DNA from: Proteobacteria bacterium SG_bin7
Lineage (GTDB): Bacteria > Bdellovibrionota > Bdellovibrionia > Bdellovibrionales > SG-bin7
Direction: 5' to 3'
DNA: 64,000 bases
NCBI GenBank assembly: GCA_002083485.1
Contig: LWDK01000044.1
Location: forward strand, 12,613 to 76,612
Part shown: positions 37,672 through 46,622 of the stretch, piece after piece
Position numbering within the stretch: the first letter of the stretch is position 1
How the letters are laid out: each line of letters begins with the position of its first letter
Position numbers and translations under genes: made by a program
The notes under the pieces: generated by a model
Told to the model about the DNA's origin: nothing
Databases searched by the model: none
The model's input: the letters and a program-made list of their open reading frames with translations, nothing else

Positions 37672-38526
37672 TTATTTCTCTCGAAGATCTTCCAATTCCT
37701 TCAAAAGTTTTTCTTTTATCGCCTCAAGCTCCCGTCGTCGCGTTTCCTGTCCTACTGACAATTCAGAACTCGCTCGCACCCCGCTTTTACGATAGAGATC
37801 GTAAATTTCTGTTCTTAGATTTTTATACTGGTCTTCTCGGCTTTGCAACTCACGAAATTGCAATTCATCTACGGCATTTACAGCAGCGACGCTCCTGAGC
37901 TGTAAAATGCGACTAGCGTAAAGTTTTTTCTCCCGATTTAACCTCTCCTTCAGACGAATTTCCGTTTCTAAATGCATACGCACGGCTAAAAACTGCTCCT
38001 GATAATCGGGAAAAATTTGAAAATCAGCATCCTTATAAATTTTCTTAAAGTCCAAACCAAAAAGAAATTCGCGCTTATCTTTAGATTTCAACTCGTGCAG
38101 CATAGCTTCGGCTTTTTCTTTTGCTGATGCTCTTTGATTGCGAATCTTCTTACGAGCAATATCTTCGCGCTTTACAAACACCGCTCCCACCGATGCCAAG
38201 TCTTTCTGCCATTTCGTTTCTGGCATCCCTGTGGAATTCATAATGTAAAGAGATTGGCCCTTTTTCAGGAGCAAATTACAAAGCTTATTAATGACCTCTC
38301 GTATGCCCGCCACTTGTGCATCGTCTTCTGGTAACTCAATATATATCTTGCTAACGCGCCGGGCAAGTGACTCTTGAATAGATTCGACAAGTGTCTCAAC
38401 AATTTTATGTGGACCTTGAAAATGAATCAGGGCCGCTGTGTCGACAAACTCCAAGTAAAACGCCATGTGAAATAGAGTAATTTTACTGGACAAATCTTGC
38501 AAAAGAATTTCAATTATTGAAATCAC
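37672..38526 (-). CDS. Hypothetical protein with C-terminal coiled coil
   Basis: ORF with a plausible globular N-terminal half and a K/E/R-rich helical C-terminal half. The true start may be the internal MAFYLEF. Confidence 0.45.
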   Translation of the reverse strand: MISIIEILLQDLSSKITLFHMAFYLEFVDTAALIHFQGPHKIVETLVESIQESLARRVSKIYIELPEDDAQVAGIREVINKLCNLLLKKGQSLYIMNSTGMPETKWQKDLASVGAVFVKREDIARKKIRNQRASAKEKAEAMLHELKSKDKREFLFGLDFKKIYKDADFQIFPDYQEQFLAVRMHLETEIRLKERLNREKKLYASRILQLRSVAAVNAVDELQFRELQSREDQYKNLRTEIYDLYRKSGVRASSELSVGQETRRRELEAIKEKLLKELEDLREK

Positions 38527-38542
38527 TATTTAAGGAGCTGTC

Positions 38543-39802
38543 GTGGAAGCTTTATATTCTGGACCTTTTTATGAAAACGTTATTCGCAATATCGAAACTG
38601 CAGGCAAAGTTGCTAACATCGACCCTAACATTTTAGAAAGGTTAAAGACCCCGCGCCGATCCATATGCGTCAGTATCCCTGTCAGGATGGACGATTACTC
38701 GGTAAAAGTCTTCCAAGGTTACCGCGTCCAACACAACCAAACACTTGGTCCGTTTAAAGGCGGCATTCGATTTCACCCCGACGTAAATCTCAGTGAAGTT
38801 GCGGCTTTGTCAGCCCTCATGACCTTTAAAAACTCCCTTCTACAATTGCCCTTGGGCGGAGCCAAAGGCGGCGTGACTGTTGACCCCACAAAACTTTCGC
38901 GTACTGAACTACAAAATTTAACACGAAGGATGACATCAGAATTCGCACCATTCATTGGCCCCACAAAAGATATTCCTGCGCCCGATGTTGGTACAAATCC
39001 GCGAATTATGGCATGGCTAATGGACACCTATTCTCAACAGCAAGGATATGCAATTCCTGGAGTGGTAACAGGTAAGCCCGTTGAAATTGGTGGCTCAGTT
39101 GGTAGAGAAAGTGCAACTGGTAAAGGTGTTGTTTACGTCGCTTTCGAAATTGCCAAGCGGAAAAATATTCCCCTCTCTGGTGCCACGATGGCCATTCAAG
39201 GTTTCGGCAACGTAGGCTCCTATGCGGCCCTCACTGCTTCCAACATGGGGGCAAAAATAGTTGCGGTTAGTGACGTAGGGGGTGCGATCTATAACCCTGA
39301 GGGATTTAAAATTGTCGACCTCATTGATTACATTAAAAAACAAAATCCCATACAAAACTTTCCGGGATCACAAAAAATATCTAATAACGATTTACTCGAG
39401 CTCCCCGTTGACTTTCTTCTGCCTTGTGCTCTTGAAAATCAAATTACTGAAAAAAACGCGGATCGCATTCGTGCAAAAATTATTGTTGAGGGTGCGAATG
39501 GTCCGACAACTCCGGCAGCAACACAGATTCTTCATAAGCGTGGAGTCACCGTTGTGCCTGACGTACTCGCTAACGGTGGCGGCGTCATCGTAAGTTATTT
39601 CGAATGGGTCCAGGACATTGCTTCTTATTTCTGGGATGAAGATGAAGTCGACCGCAAGCTACGCACGGCGCTTGTAAAAGCCTTTGAACTCGCCTGGGCA
39701 ATGACGAGCGAAAAAAATGTTGATATGCGCACAGGAGCAATGGCGGTAGCGTTGAAGCGTTTAGAGACAGCAATGCTTCTTCGCGGTTTGTATCCCCGTT
39801 AA
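38543..39802 (+). CDS. gdh: Glutamate dehydrogenase (Glu/Leu/Phe/Val dehydrogenase family)
   Basis: GTG start 5 nt after AAGGAG. Catalytic motif LPLGGAKGGV and Rossmann IQGFGNVG. Confidence 0.9.
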   Translation: MEALYSGPFYENVIRNIETAGKVANIDPNILERLKTPRRSICVSIPVRMDDYSVKVFQGYRVQHNQTLGPFKGGIRFHPDVNLSEVAALSALMTFKNSLLQLPLGGAKGGVTVDPTKLSRTELQNLTRRMTSEFAPFIGPTKDIPAPDVGTNPRIMAWLMDTYSQQQGYAIPGVVTGKPVEIGGSVGRESATGKGVVYVAFEIAKRKNIPLSGATMAIQGFGNVGSYAALTASNMGAKIVAVSDVGGAIYNPEGFKIVDLIDYIKKQNPIQNFPGSQKISNNDLLELPVDFLLPCALENQITEKNADRIRAKIIVEGANGPTTPAATQILHKRGVTVVPDVLANGGGVIVSYFEWVQDIASYFWDEDEVDRKLRTALVKAFELAWAMTSEKNVDMRTGAMAVALKRLETAMLLRGLYPR

Positions 39803-40773
39803 TGAAACCCTGGTTATGGATTCCGCCAAAGTGGGCACATAACTTAAGCGATATATTTTTAAAATCGTACGGCCAATTTATTCATGGGGAAATTCCAAAG
39901 TGGAGATCCTTTCGGTGGCGTGGAATTGAGTTTGCTAATCGCCTGGGAATTGCCGGTGGCGTCGATAAAAATGGCGACTACATTGATTCGCTCTGGAGTT
40001 TAGGTAGCGGCTTTCTTGAAATCGGCACAGTAACTCCCAGACCTCAAGACCCCAATCCAGGAAAAGTAATGGATCGCGATAACAAAGAATTGGCGATCTG
40101 GAACAAAATGGGATTTCCTGGCAAAGGTGCGGACTACGTGCAAAAAATATTAGAAAACTCAAGTAAGACAGAAAATAAAAAAACCCCGATTTTTATTAAC
40201 ATTGGAAAAAATCGTTCCACCAGAAATGAAGACGCTTATCAAGATTATCTCTATTGCATGACCAAACTCTCACCTCTAGCTGATGCTTTTGTTATTAACA
40301 TCAGTAGTCCTAACACCAAAGATTTGCGTAAAATTCAAGAACAGGACGCTCTCCATCAATTTCTAAAACAACTTGTAGGTAAACAAAGAAAACCACTCCT
40401 TTTAAAACTCAGCCCTGACGTGACCGAGGTGGAGCTCTCAAATATACTAAATACTTCAGCGGATCTCGGAATCGATGGCTGGGTTCTTAACAACACCACT
40501 GTTTCACGCCCCCCTGGCCTTCCTTTTCCCAGCGAAGGCGGTATGTCGGGCAGACCACTTGCAGAAATTTCTAAGCGCCAGCTAAAACTAGCGATATCTA
40601 TCTTAGGACCAAAACGCCGCGACAAACTTATAATTAGCGTTGGAGGTGTTTTAACTCCAGAGAATGTCAAGGAGCGCCTAGATTTAGGCGCTGATCTTGT
40701 CGAAGTCTATGCTGCTCTCATATTTGATGGACCCTTCTTTTTCAAAAAAACTGCGAGTTATTTCAACACCTGA
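39802..40773 (+). CDS. pyrD: Dihydroorotate dehydrogenase (quinone), class 2
   Basis: GIAGGVDKNG, GFLEIGTVTPRPQ.GNP-like, NISSPNT and the VGGV region. TAATG overlap with gdh. Confidence 0.85.
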   Translation: MKPWLWIPPKWAHNLSDIFLKSYGQFIHGEIPKWRSFRWRGIEFANRLGIAGGVDKNGDYIDSLWSLGSGFLEIGTVTPRPQDPNPGKVMDRDNKELAIWNKMGFPGKGADYVQKILENSSKTENKKTPIFINIGKNRSTRNEDAYQDYLYCMTKLSPLADAFVINISSPNTKDLRKIQEQDALHQFLKQLVGKQRKPLLLKLSPDVTEVELSNILNTSADLGIDGWVLNNTTVSRPPGLPFPSEGGMSGRPLAEISKRQLKLAISILGPKRRDKLIISVGGVLTPENVKERLDLGADLVEVYAALIFDGPFFFKKTASYFNT

Positions 40774-40817
40774 AGTCGACATGACAAAGCATTGTGCGTC
40801 AGTTAGTATGGAAAGTT

Positions 40818-41225
40818 ATGAAAGCGAAACGTCCAAATTGGATTCCCGTTGTTACGGGTTTGATTATGAAAGGCGACCAAGTTCTAGTTGGTCTACGCCC
40901 TGAGGGAAAAAACCTCGCGGGGCAATGGGAATTTCCAGGTGGAAAAATCGAAGCTAATGAAACTCCTGAAGGTGCTCTGCAAAGAGAACTCAAAGAAGAA
41001 TTAGGAATTGAAGCTGAAGTCGGTGCAATTGTTTTTGCAGGAACACACTCCTATGGCGAAACAGGAATCTTACTTCTTTTTTACATCGTGAAATATTGGA
41101 AGGGCGAACCAAAACCATTTTATCATCGCGAACTCAAATGGGTGCACCTGAAGGATTTACAAGATCTCGATATCCCAGGAGCTAATAGAAAAGTTCTCCC
41201 ACATATTGTGCAACTTTTGCCATAA
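40818..41225 (+). CDS. mutT: NUDIX hydrolase, MutT-like (8-oxo-dGTP diphosphatase family)
   Basis: Nudix box GGKIEANETPEGALQRELKEELGI. I chose the ATG at 40818 (MKAKRPNW) rather than the track start 40794 because GGAAAG lies upstream. Confidence 0.75.
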   Translation: MKAKRPNWIPVVTGLIMKGDQVLVGLRPEGKNLAGQWEFPGGKIEANETPEGALQRELKEELGIEAEVGAIVFAGTHSYGETGILLLFYIVKYWKGEPKPFYHRELKWVHLKDLQDLDIPGANRKVLPHIVQLLP

Positions 41226-41348
41226 ATATTTTTAAAAATGTAGCCATTGTGAAACCAGTGGTATCAAAAAAGCTGTTTGTTTTTTCATCATCAGTGATTT
41301 AATGGCTCCATAAAATATCGAAAATGTCCCAACTTTAGCCTTTACGCG

Positions 41349-41365
41349 TTGGCAGTGTTGTTGCT
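41349..41365 (+). promoter_or_regulatory. Sigma-54 (RpoN) -24/-12 promoter TTGGCAGtgttgTTGCT
   Basis: The GG and GC dinucleotides are spaced exactly as in TGGCAC-N5-TTGCW. It lies 108 nt upstream of the ATG at 41473. The same core occurs at 49902-49918 on the minus strand. Confidence 0.6.
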
Positions 41366-41472
41366 ATAGCTAAAAATGCAATAACGAAAAGGGGATGCGT
41401 TTAAAGTTTTCAAAAGGATTTACTTTGGCTGCGTCCAGTTAATTAACCACCTAAATAAGAGAAGGAGAAAAT

Positions 41473-42357
41473 ATGAAAAGAACTCTTATTTCATTAATCG
41501 CGAGCGCAGCAGTTGCTGTTTCGCTTTCTGCTAACGCCCACGAAGGACACGGTCTTCCCGGCCCATCTGCTGGCGAAATCATTCAAACAGGAGTCAACGT
41601 CGTTGTAAACGTTGGTGACCTCGTAGTTAGTTTTGGCCAAACAGCTTTGGTTCGTTTTCCAAAGTCAGCTGCTGAAACTGCAAAAAATTTGGCAAAATGT
41701 ATTCATGACGGAATCCATGCAAATACAGCTGGCCAAGTAGTAACTACTCCAGTTCTTTGTCCGGTAACAATTGGAACTGAAGCCGCAACCGCAATCGTGC
41801 TCACTGGCCTTGCTGGTGCACAAGCAGTTGTTGCCGTTCCATCTAAATTTGCAAAAGAGATCGCTGCGATCTTTTTGAAATCCAGTAAAGAGGCGTGGGA
41901 TGCTTTGGCAAATTACAACCAAAACCCAATTTTCTGGCTTTTAAATCTTGGTGTTTGCGTTACTAACCACGTGATCGGCCGCGCTGCTCAATTAGGCGCT
42001 GCGGTGATCGATCTAGTTTCAACGACAGTTGGCGCAGTTGTAGAACTTGCCGTTGCTGGTGTTAGAACAGGCATTAAGTACGCTTCTGATGCAGTTATCA
42101 TGGTAGCTGATTGTGTTACTACTAAGGTAAAATTCCTTGGCAAAGAGCTATATGGCCTTGGCAAAGGAGTGTTGGTGTCGGCAGTAAAAGCTGGTCACCT
42201 TGATGTTAAGGGCGCTGCTCAATACTTTATGGATAACGTTGTTGCCCGCCTTGTAACTCTTCCTATTCGCATCATCACTGGTGAAGCATTAGGTACAGTG
42301 ATTGCGGGTTCATATCCAAAATACGAAGATGCTCGAGGCCCTATTTCTACTTACTAA
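41473..42357 (+). CDS. Secreted Ala/Gly/Val-rich protein of unknown family (P1)
   Basis: AAGGAG SD, signal peptide ...SLSANA|HEGHG and four Cys. C-terminal KYEDARGP resembles PYADARMG of the 316-aa protein at 47911. A/T-ending codon preference suggests high expression. Confidence 0.6.
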   Translation: MKRTLISLIASAAVAVSLSANAHEGHGLPGPSAGEIIQTGVNVVVNVGDLVVSFGQTALVRFPKSAAETAKNLAKCIHDGIHANTAGQVVTTPVLCPVTIGTEAATAIVLTGLAGAQAVVAVPSKFAKEIAAIFLKSSKEAWDALANYNQNPIFWLLNLGVCVTNHVIGRAAQLGAAVIDLVSTTVGAVVELAVAGVRTGIKYASDAVIMVADCVTTKVKFLGKELYGLGKGVLVSAVKAGHLDVKGAAQYFMDNVVARLVTLPIRIITGEALGTVIAGSYPKYEDARGPISTY

Positions 42358-42384
42358 ATTAGACATTCGAGTTCTTCACTCTTC

Positions 42385-42419
42385 GAGGGCCGACCTGATG
42401 GTTGGCCCTTGTTATTTTT
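42385..42419 (+). terminator. Rho-independent terminator after P1
   Basis: GAGGGCCGAC-ctgatg-GTTGGCCCTT (10 bp including 2 G-U pairs) followed by GTTATTTTT. Confidence 0.75.
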
Positions 42420-42428
42420 AGGGGTGTT

Positions 42429-43538
42429 ATGATTCCTTACCAAAAAATTCCCAAAGGCTTTTTAGCTGGACGATTGGTAGCTCAAGATATTTTACTTTTG
42501 CCTAATGGAGAAAAGCAAAATATTGGATCTATCGCAAAAAATGTTGGAGATATTGGAGATGTGATCGCGGTAAGTTCCGATTTGAAATTAGCGGTACTTC
42601 TTGCCCCTTCACTAGAAGAAACAAAATTAATTGATAGCCATCACTGGGCCCTTCAATGGCCGAAGTTTCTTCAATCTATTCGCGATTATTTTAAATCGGA
42701 AGAGTTTAACGAAGTGAATACGCCGACCCTCGTTCAAAGTTCGGGCGCCGAAACACATTTAGATCCATTCACGACAGCTTTTAAAGGCAAGACCTACTAC
42801 TTGCCAACGAGCCCAGAGTTCCATTTAAAGAGATTGTTGTCTTCAGGAATAAATAAAATTTTTGAAATTAAAACTTGCTTCCGCCAGGACGAAGCTTCAA
42901 TCACCCATAGCCCGGAATTTACAATGCTGGAGTGGTATCGCGGCTATGCTGGAATTGACGAAATCATCAAAGACGTCAAGGGACTTTTAAAATACGTTGG
43001 CGAACAAACAACGACCGATGTCGTTTCTATGAAAGATCTCTTTAAGAGATATCTAGATTTTGAATTAAGTCCACAGATAACAATTGAGGAATTAAAAACA
43101 ATCTGTCCCGAAAGCGAAAGTACCGATACTTGGAGTGATGTCTTTTTTCGAATTTTCTTAGAAAAAATTGAACCCCAAATTGGAATAGAAAGACCGATCA
43201 TTGTTCGCGATTTTCCCCCGACCATGTCAGCTCTTGCAAGAATTAATGAACAAGGGTGGGCTGATAGATTTGAAGTTTATTGGCGTGGCTTAGAATTAGG
43301 AAATGCTTATGATGAATTGAACGACCCCGTCGAGTGCGAGAAAAGACTAAAGCAATGGAATCAAGAAAAGAAGTTTTTAGGAAAGGCCTCCGTTCCGCTC
43401 TCAAAAGAGTTAATAAGCGCGTTGCGTTCGGGAATGCCACCATCAGGCGGAATCGCCGTGGGCCTTGAACGTTTGTTTATGGCAATTAACAACATCAACG
43501 ATATTAATAAAACTCGGTTCTTTAGTTCCGAAAAATAG
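42429..43538 (+). CDS. epmA: EF-P lysine aminoacylase EpmA (GenX/PoxA, class II LysRS paralogue) with N-terminal extension
   Basis: Colinear with E. coli EpmA from FKSEEFNEVNTP...LPTSPEFHLKRLL...CFRQDE...HSPEFTMLEWYR to ...GMPPSGGIAVGLERL. The track start 42402 lies inside the P1 terminator, so I used the ATG at 42429 (AGGGG 4 nt upstream). Confidence 0.8.
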   Translation: MIPYQKIPKGFLAGRLVAQDILLLPNGEKQNIGSIAKNVGDIGDVIAVSSDLKLAVLLAPSLEETKLIDSHHWALQWPKFLQSIRDYFKSEEFNEVNTPTLVQSSGAETHLDPFTTAFKGKTYYLPTSPEFHLKRLLSSGINKIFEIKTCFRQDEASITHSPEFTMLEWYRGYAGIDEIIKDVKGLLKYVGEQTTTDVVSMKDLFKRYLDFELSPQITIEELKTICPESESTDTWSDVFFRIFLEKIEPQIGIERPIIVRDFPPTMSALARINEQGWADRFEVYWRGLELGNAYDELNDPVECEKRLKQWNQEKKFLGKASVPLSKELISALRSGMPPSGGIAVGLERLFMAINNINDINKTRFFSSEK

Positions 43539-43680
43539 AGAGAAGTTGCCCGTTAGCAAAGCTCAGCGTTCTTCTTTCCACTATAATGACTCTAGGGTTT
43601 GCTGCTGTAAGTTTGGTCATTAAATTTAACTAAAACGACTTTACATTCATAGAGAGCCATTCTATCAGTCGTTTCGCTCT

Positions 43681-44043
43681 ATGATACTACGACTTTCAAC
43701 CCTAATGCTATTTTTCGTCATTTCGTGTGCTTCCTGGCAAAAAGGAAATTACATCGAGTCAGGAAACGCGTCTTGGTATGGCAAACAGTTTCATGGACGG
43801 CAAACCGCGAATGGGGATAAATACAATATGTTTTCAATGACGGCCGCACATAAAACTTTACCCTTTAACTCGCAAGTCAAAGTCGTCCGCCGTGATAATG
43901 GAAATTACGTGATTGTACGTATCAACGATCGCGGGCCCTTCATTCGCGGTCGAGTGATTGATCTCTCTTACGAGGCCGCAAAAGCCCTTGGCATTGTCGA
44001 TATAGGTGAAGCTGCCGTCGAGCTTTACCTTATCAACAATTAA
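43681..44043 (+). CDS. rlpA: Septal ring lytic transglycosylase RlpA family lipoprotein (DPBB domain)
   Basis: Lipobox FVISC, then ASWYGKQFHGRQTANGDKYNMFSMTAAHKTLPFNSQVKVV...VIVRINDRGPF. Confidence 0.85.
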   Translation: MILRLSTLMLFFVISCASWQKGNYIESGNASWYGKQFHGRQTANGDKYNMFSMTAAHKTLPFNSQVKVVRRDNGNYVIVRINDRGPFIRGRVIDLSYEAAKALGIVDIGEAAVELYLINN

Positions 44044-44049
44044 TTTCAT

Positions 44050-46152
44050 TCACGCGGCGTTTCTAGAGTTCAAAAAACTACTGAGTTGAACGCCCAGTTC
44101 ATTGATATCACCTTCAGCAGTGTTAACAAGTTCACCTATATTTTCCCAAGAAAGATTTTCGGCGTGCTCGATAACGTCAAGCTTTTTACAAATGTCATTT
44201 GCAAAGAAGTTGGCGATAGTTCCACGTAACGTATGCGCTGATATTCGCAAGAGTTTGGCATCTTTTTTAGTAACAGCAGTTTGCAAATTTCCAAGAAGAT
44301 TCGGAACTGTTTTTAAATAGCCGTTTATAAATTTTATCAAAATTTCTTCGTCGCCGGCAAAATGCTGCAACAAAAGATCTTTATTCAAGTGAACTGTTTT
44401 TTGAGTCTGAACCTTATTGGTCTTGGCTTCTTCGTTAGCCATCGTTGTATTCGAACGAACCCTTAAAATCGCCTCAGCTAGGGAGATCACTGTAAAGGGT
44501 TTCGGAACAAAGTCATCCATACCGGCATCACGACAATACTTTTGATCTTTCATTGTGGCACTCGCGGTCAAAGCTATAATCCAAGGCTGTCTCTCTACCG
44601 CTAGTCGCCGTCGCAAGGTTTTAGTCGTAATATAACCATCCATTTCCGGCATCTGCCCGTCCATAAAAATAACGTCGTAAAATTTAGTATCAATGGCATC
44701 TAAGACTTCAAGTCCGTTTCCAACAGCATCCACGCGATAGCCTAGCATTTCCAGATACTGCTTTGCTAAAAGCTGGTTCGTAGAGTTATCGTCGGCAACT
44801 AAAATACTGTAGGGCTTCTTCCTGGCAAGATCTCTATCAAATTCAAAGCCATCAACCTCACCAGCATTTTTGCGATTTCCTTTTCTGGCTGAAACCTTAA
44901 ATGAAAAGGTCGTCCCAACCCCGAGCTGACTTTCAAAACCGATTGACCCGCCCATGGATTCGCAAATTCCCTTACAGATTACAAGGCCAAGACCAGTGCC
45001 ACCATATTTGCGTGTGGTCGATGCATCAACCTGAGTAAAGGATTGAAATAGCTTGTCCTTCACATCATCTGGGATGCCAATTCCAGAGTCTTTTATCGAG
45101 ACATTGATTTCAATTTTATCGTCCGATACCTCTTTAATAGAAGTAATAATGCAAACTTCTCCTTTTGGAGTAAATTTTATTGCGTTACCCACAAGATTAT
45201 TTAAAACCTGTCTTAAACGCGTTGAGTCCGTTAGAACCCAAAAGTCGTCAGGAATACTTGATTTCAGTGAGAGTCCTATTCCTTTATCTTTGGCGCGCGA
45301 GTTAAAAAGGATGATGACATCTCGTAAAAGCATATTCACGTTAAAATTAACATCTTCCAGTATTAATTTACCAGCTTCCATTTTTGAGAAATCCAAAATG
45401 TCATTTATTAAAGTTAAGAGTGTGTCTCCGCAGGTCGTCATTATATTTAAATAGTTTTTACCATCGTCTGAAAGGTTTTCTTTACGTAAGAGATTTGCCA
45501 TTCCTAAAATTCCGTTAATGGGTGTGCGAATTTCATGACTGACATTGGCAATAAACTGCGATTTGACATTCGCGGCTCGGTCGAGCTGAAGGTTTTTTTC
45601 TTTGAGCGTGTCTTCGATCTGTTCTCGCTCTAGATATTCGCGAGCTTGTGTACGGATTTGCAAAATCAAAAATAAGTAGTACGTAATAAGCATAAGTGCT
45701 AATGGCTCACCGGCAGAATGGGTTGCACTTAAAAAAAAAGGCGGTAATAACAGAAAGGTCAAAAAAAGCACCGCCCCGACAAAACTAGGAACCAAGGCTG
45801 TGAGTGCCGCTGCGGCTACCCCACAAGTCACAAGCAACAAAACTAATGTCGATGAATGTTGAATTCCATATTGATGAATTGCAAAGGAACAGAAACCACC
45901 CCATCCGAATGCAATCAAAGCCAATTGGATAAAAAATATCCGACTCTTAAAAATTCCGAAACGCAATAGTCGGGTCACATTTACAATTACAATGAGAGCA
46001 ATAAATGAGTGCGCAACTAACGGAAAATCTCTTTCAAGATCCGTAAAAAAATAAACCACGGTCGCTAGAACCATATGCCCAAAGGAACTACTGACAGCTC
46101 TTTTTGCGAGTTCTTTTTTGGATCTCGGAGAAATTGAAAAAAATGCCGACAT
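44050..46152 (-). CDS. Hybrid sensor histidine kinase / response regulator with C-terminal HPt domain
   Basis: Multi-TM N-terminus. HisKA SHEIRTPINGILGM. HATPase (DSGIGIP, GGTGLGL). REC (ILVADDNSTNQ...FMDGQMPEMDG). HPt (SAHTLRGTIANF). Confidence 0.9.
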   Translation of the reverse strand: MSAFFSISPRSKKELAKRAVSSSFGHMVLATVVYFFTDLERDFPLVAHSFIALIVIVNVTRLLRFGIFKSRIFFIQLALIAFGWGGFCSFAIHQYGIQHSSTLVLLLVTCGVAAAALTALVPSFVGAVLFLTFLLLPPFFLSATHSAGEPLALMLITYYLFLILQIRTQAREYLEREQIEDTLKEKNLQLDRAANVKSQFIANVSHEIRTPINGILGMANLLRKENLSDDGKNYLNIMTTCGDTLLTLINDILDFSKMEAGKLILEDVNFNVNMLLRDVIILFNSRAKDKGIGLSLKSSIPDDFWVLTDSTRLRQVLNNLVGNAIKFTPKGEVCIITSIKEVSDDKIEINVSIKDSGIGIPDDVKDKLFQSFTQVDASTTRKYGGTGLGLVICKGICESMGGSIGFESQLGVGTTFSFKVSARKGNRKNAGEVDGFEFDRDLARKKPYSILVADDNSTNQLLAKQYLEMLGYRVDAVGNGLEVLDAIDTKFYDVIFMDGQMPEMDGYITTKTLRRRLAVERQPWIIALTASATMKDQKYCRDAGMDDFVPKPFTVISLAEAILRVRSNTTMANEEAKTNKVQTQKTVHLNKDLLLQHFAGDEEILIKFINGYLKTVPNLLGNLQTAVTKKDAKLLRISAHTLRGTIANFFANDICKKLDVIEHAENLSWENIGELVNTAEGDINELGVQLSSFLNSRNAA

Positions 46153-46223
46153 TCACTAAATACATCGGGTTTTTTAGAGTACGTCTTTATGAGTTCTGGA
46201 TCTAAGGCGAGTACGAAAAACCT

Positions 46224-46505
46224 TTAGGTACCCTTATTAATATCTTCCCTTAGTTCTTTGCCAACTTTAAAAAATGGAAGTTTCTTTTCGCCCACATTGA
46301 TGACTTCTCCAGTTCGTGGGTTTCTCCCTTGGTAGGAACCATAAGCGCGATTTACAAACGATCCAAAACCACGAATCTCTATGCGGTCATCCTTTAACAA
46401 AGCTTCCGTCATTGTATCAAAAATAGTATTCACAACGGTTTCGGCTTTAACTCGAGTTATTCCAGCTTTTTCAGAAATAAGGTTGATTAGATCCGCTTTC
46501 GTCAT
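46224..46505 (-). CDS. ihfB: Integration host factor beta subunit (HU/IHF family)
   Basis: MTKADLI...RIEIRGFGSF...GRNPRTGE...PFFKVGKELRE closely parallels E. coli IHF-beta. Confidence 0.85.
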   Translation of the reverse strand: MTKADLINLISEKAGITRVKAETVVNTIFDTMTEALLKDDRIEIRGFGSFVNRAYGSYQGRNPRTGEVINVGEKKLPFFKVGKELREDINKGT

Positions 46506-46622
46506 GCATTTCCTCTGGTTGCTCTAGGCGAGATTAAGTTATTGAAACTACTAAAAGTATATCTACTTCAATTTGATCATGGAAAGAAATAATTTTAAGA
46601 AATGGTGCGTAAAAAACTTTAC

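Noticed and set aside
37310-37795. Plus-strand 161-aa ORF spanning the junction of two minus-strand genes
   Set aside because: It is antisense to the well-supported heptose kinase CDS and has an S/R/F-rich, low-information translation.
42402-42428. Track start codon for the EpmA ORF at 42402
   Set aside because: This ATG lies inside the right arm of the P1 intrinsic terminator (42401-42410). The ATG at 42429 behind AGGGG is more plausible.
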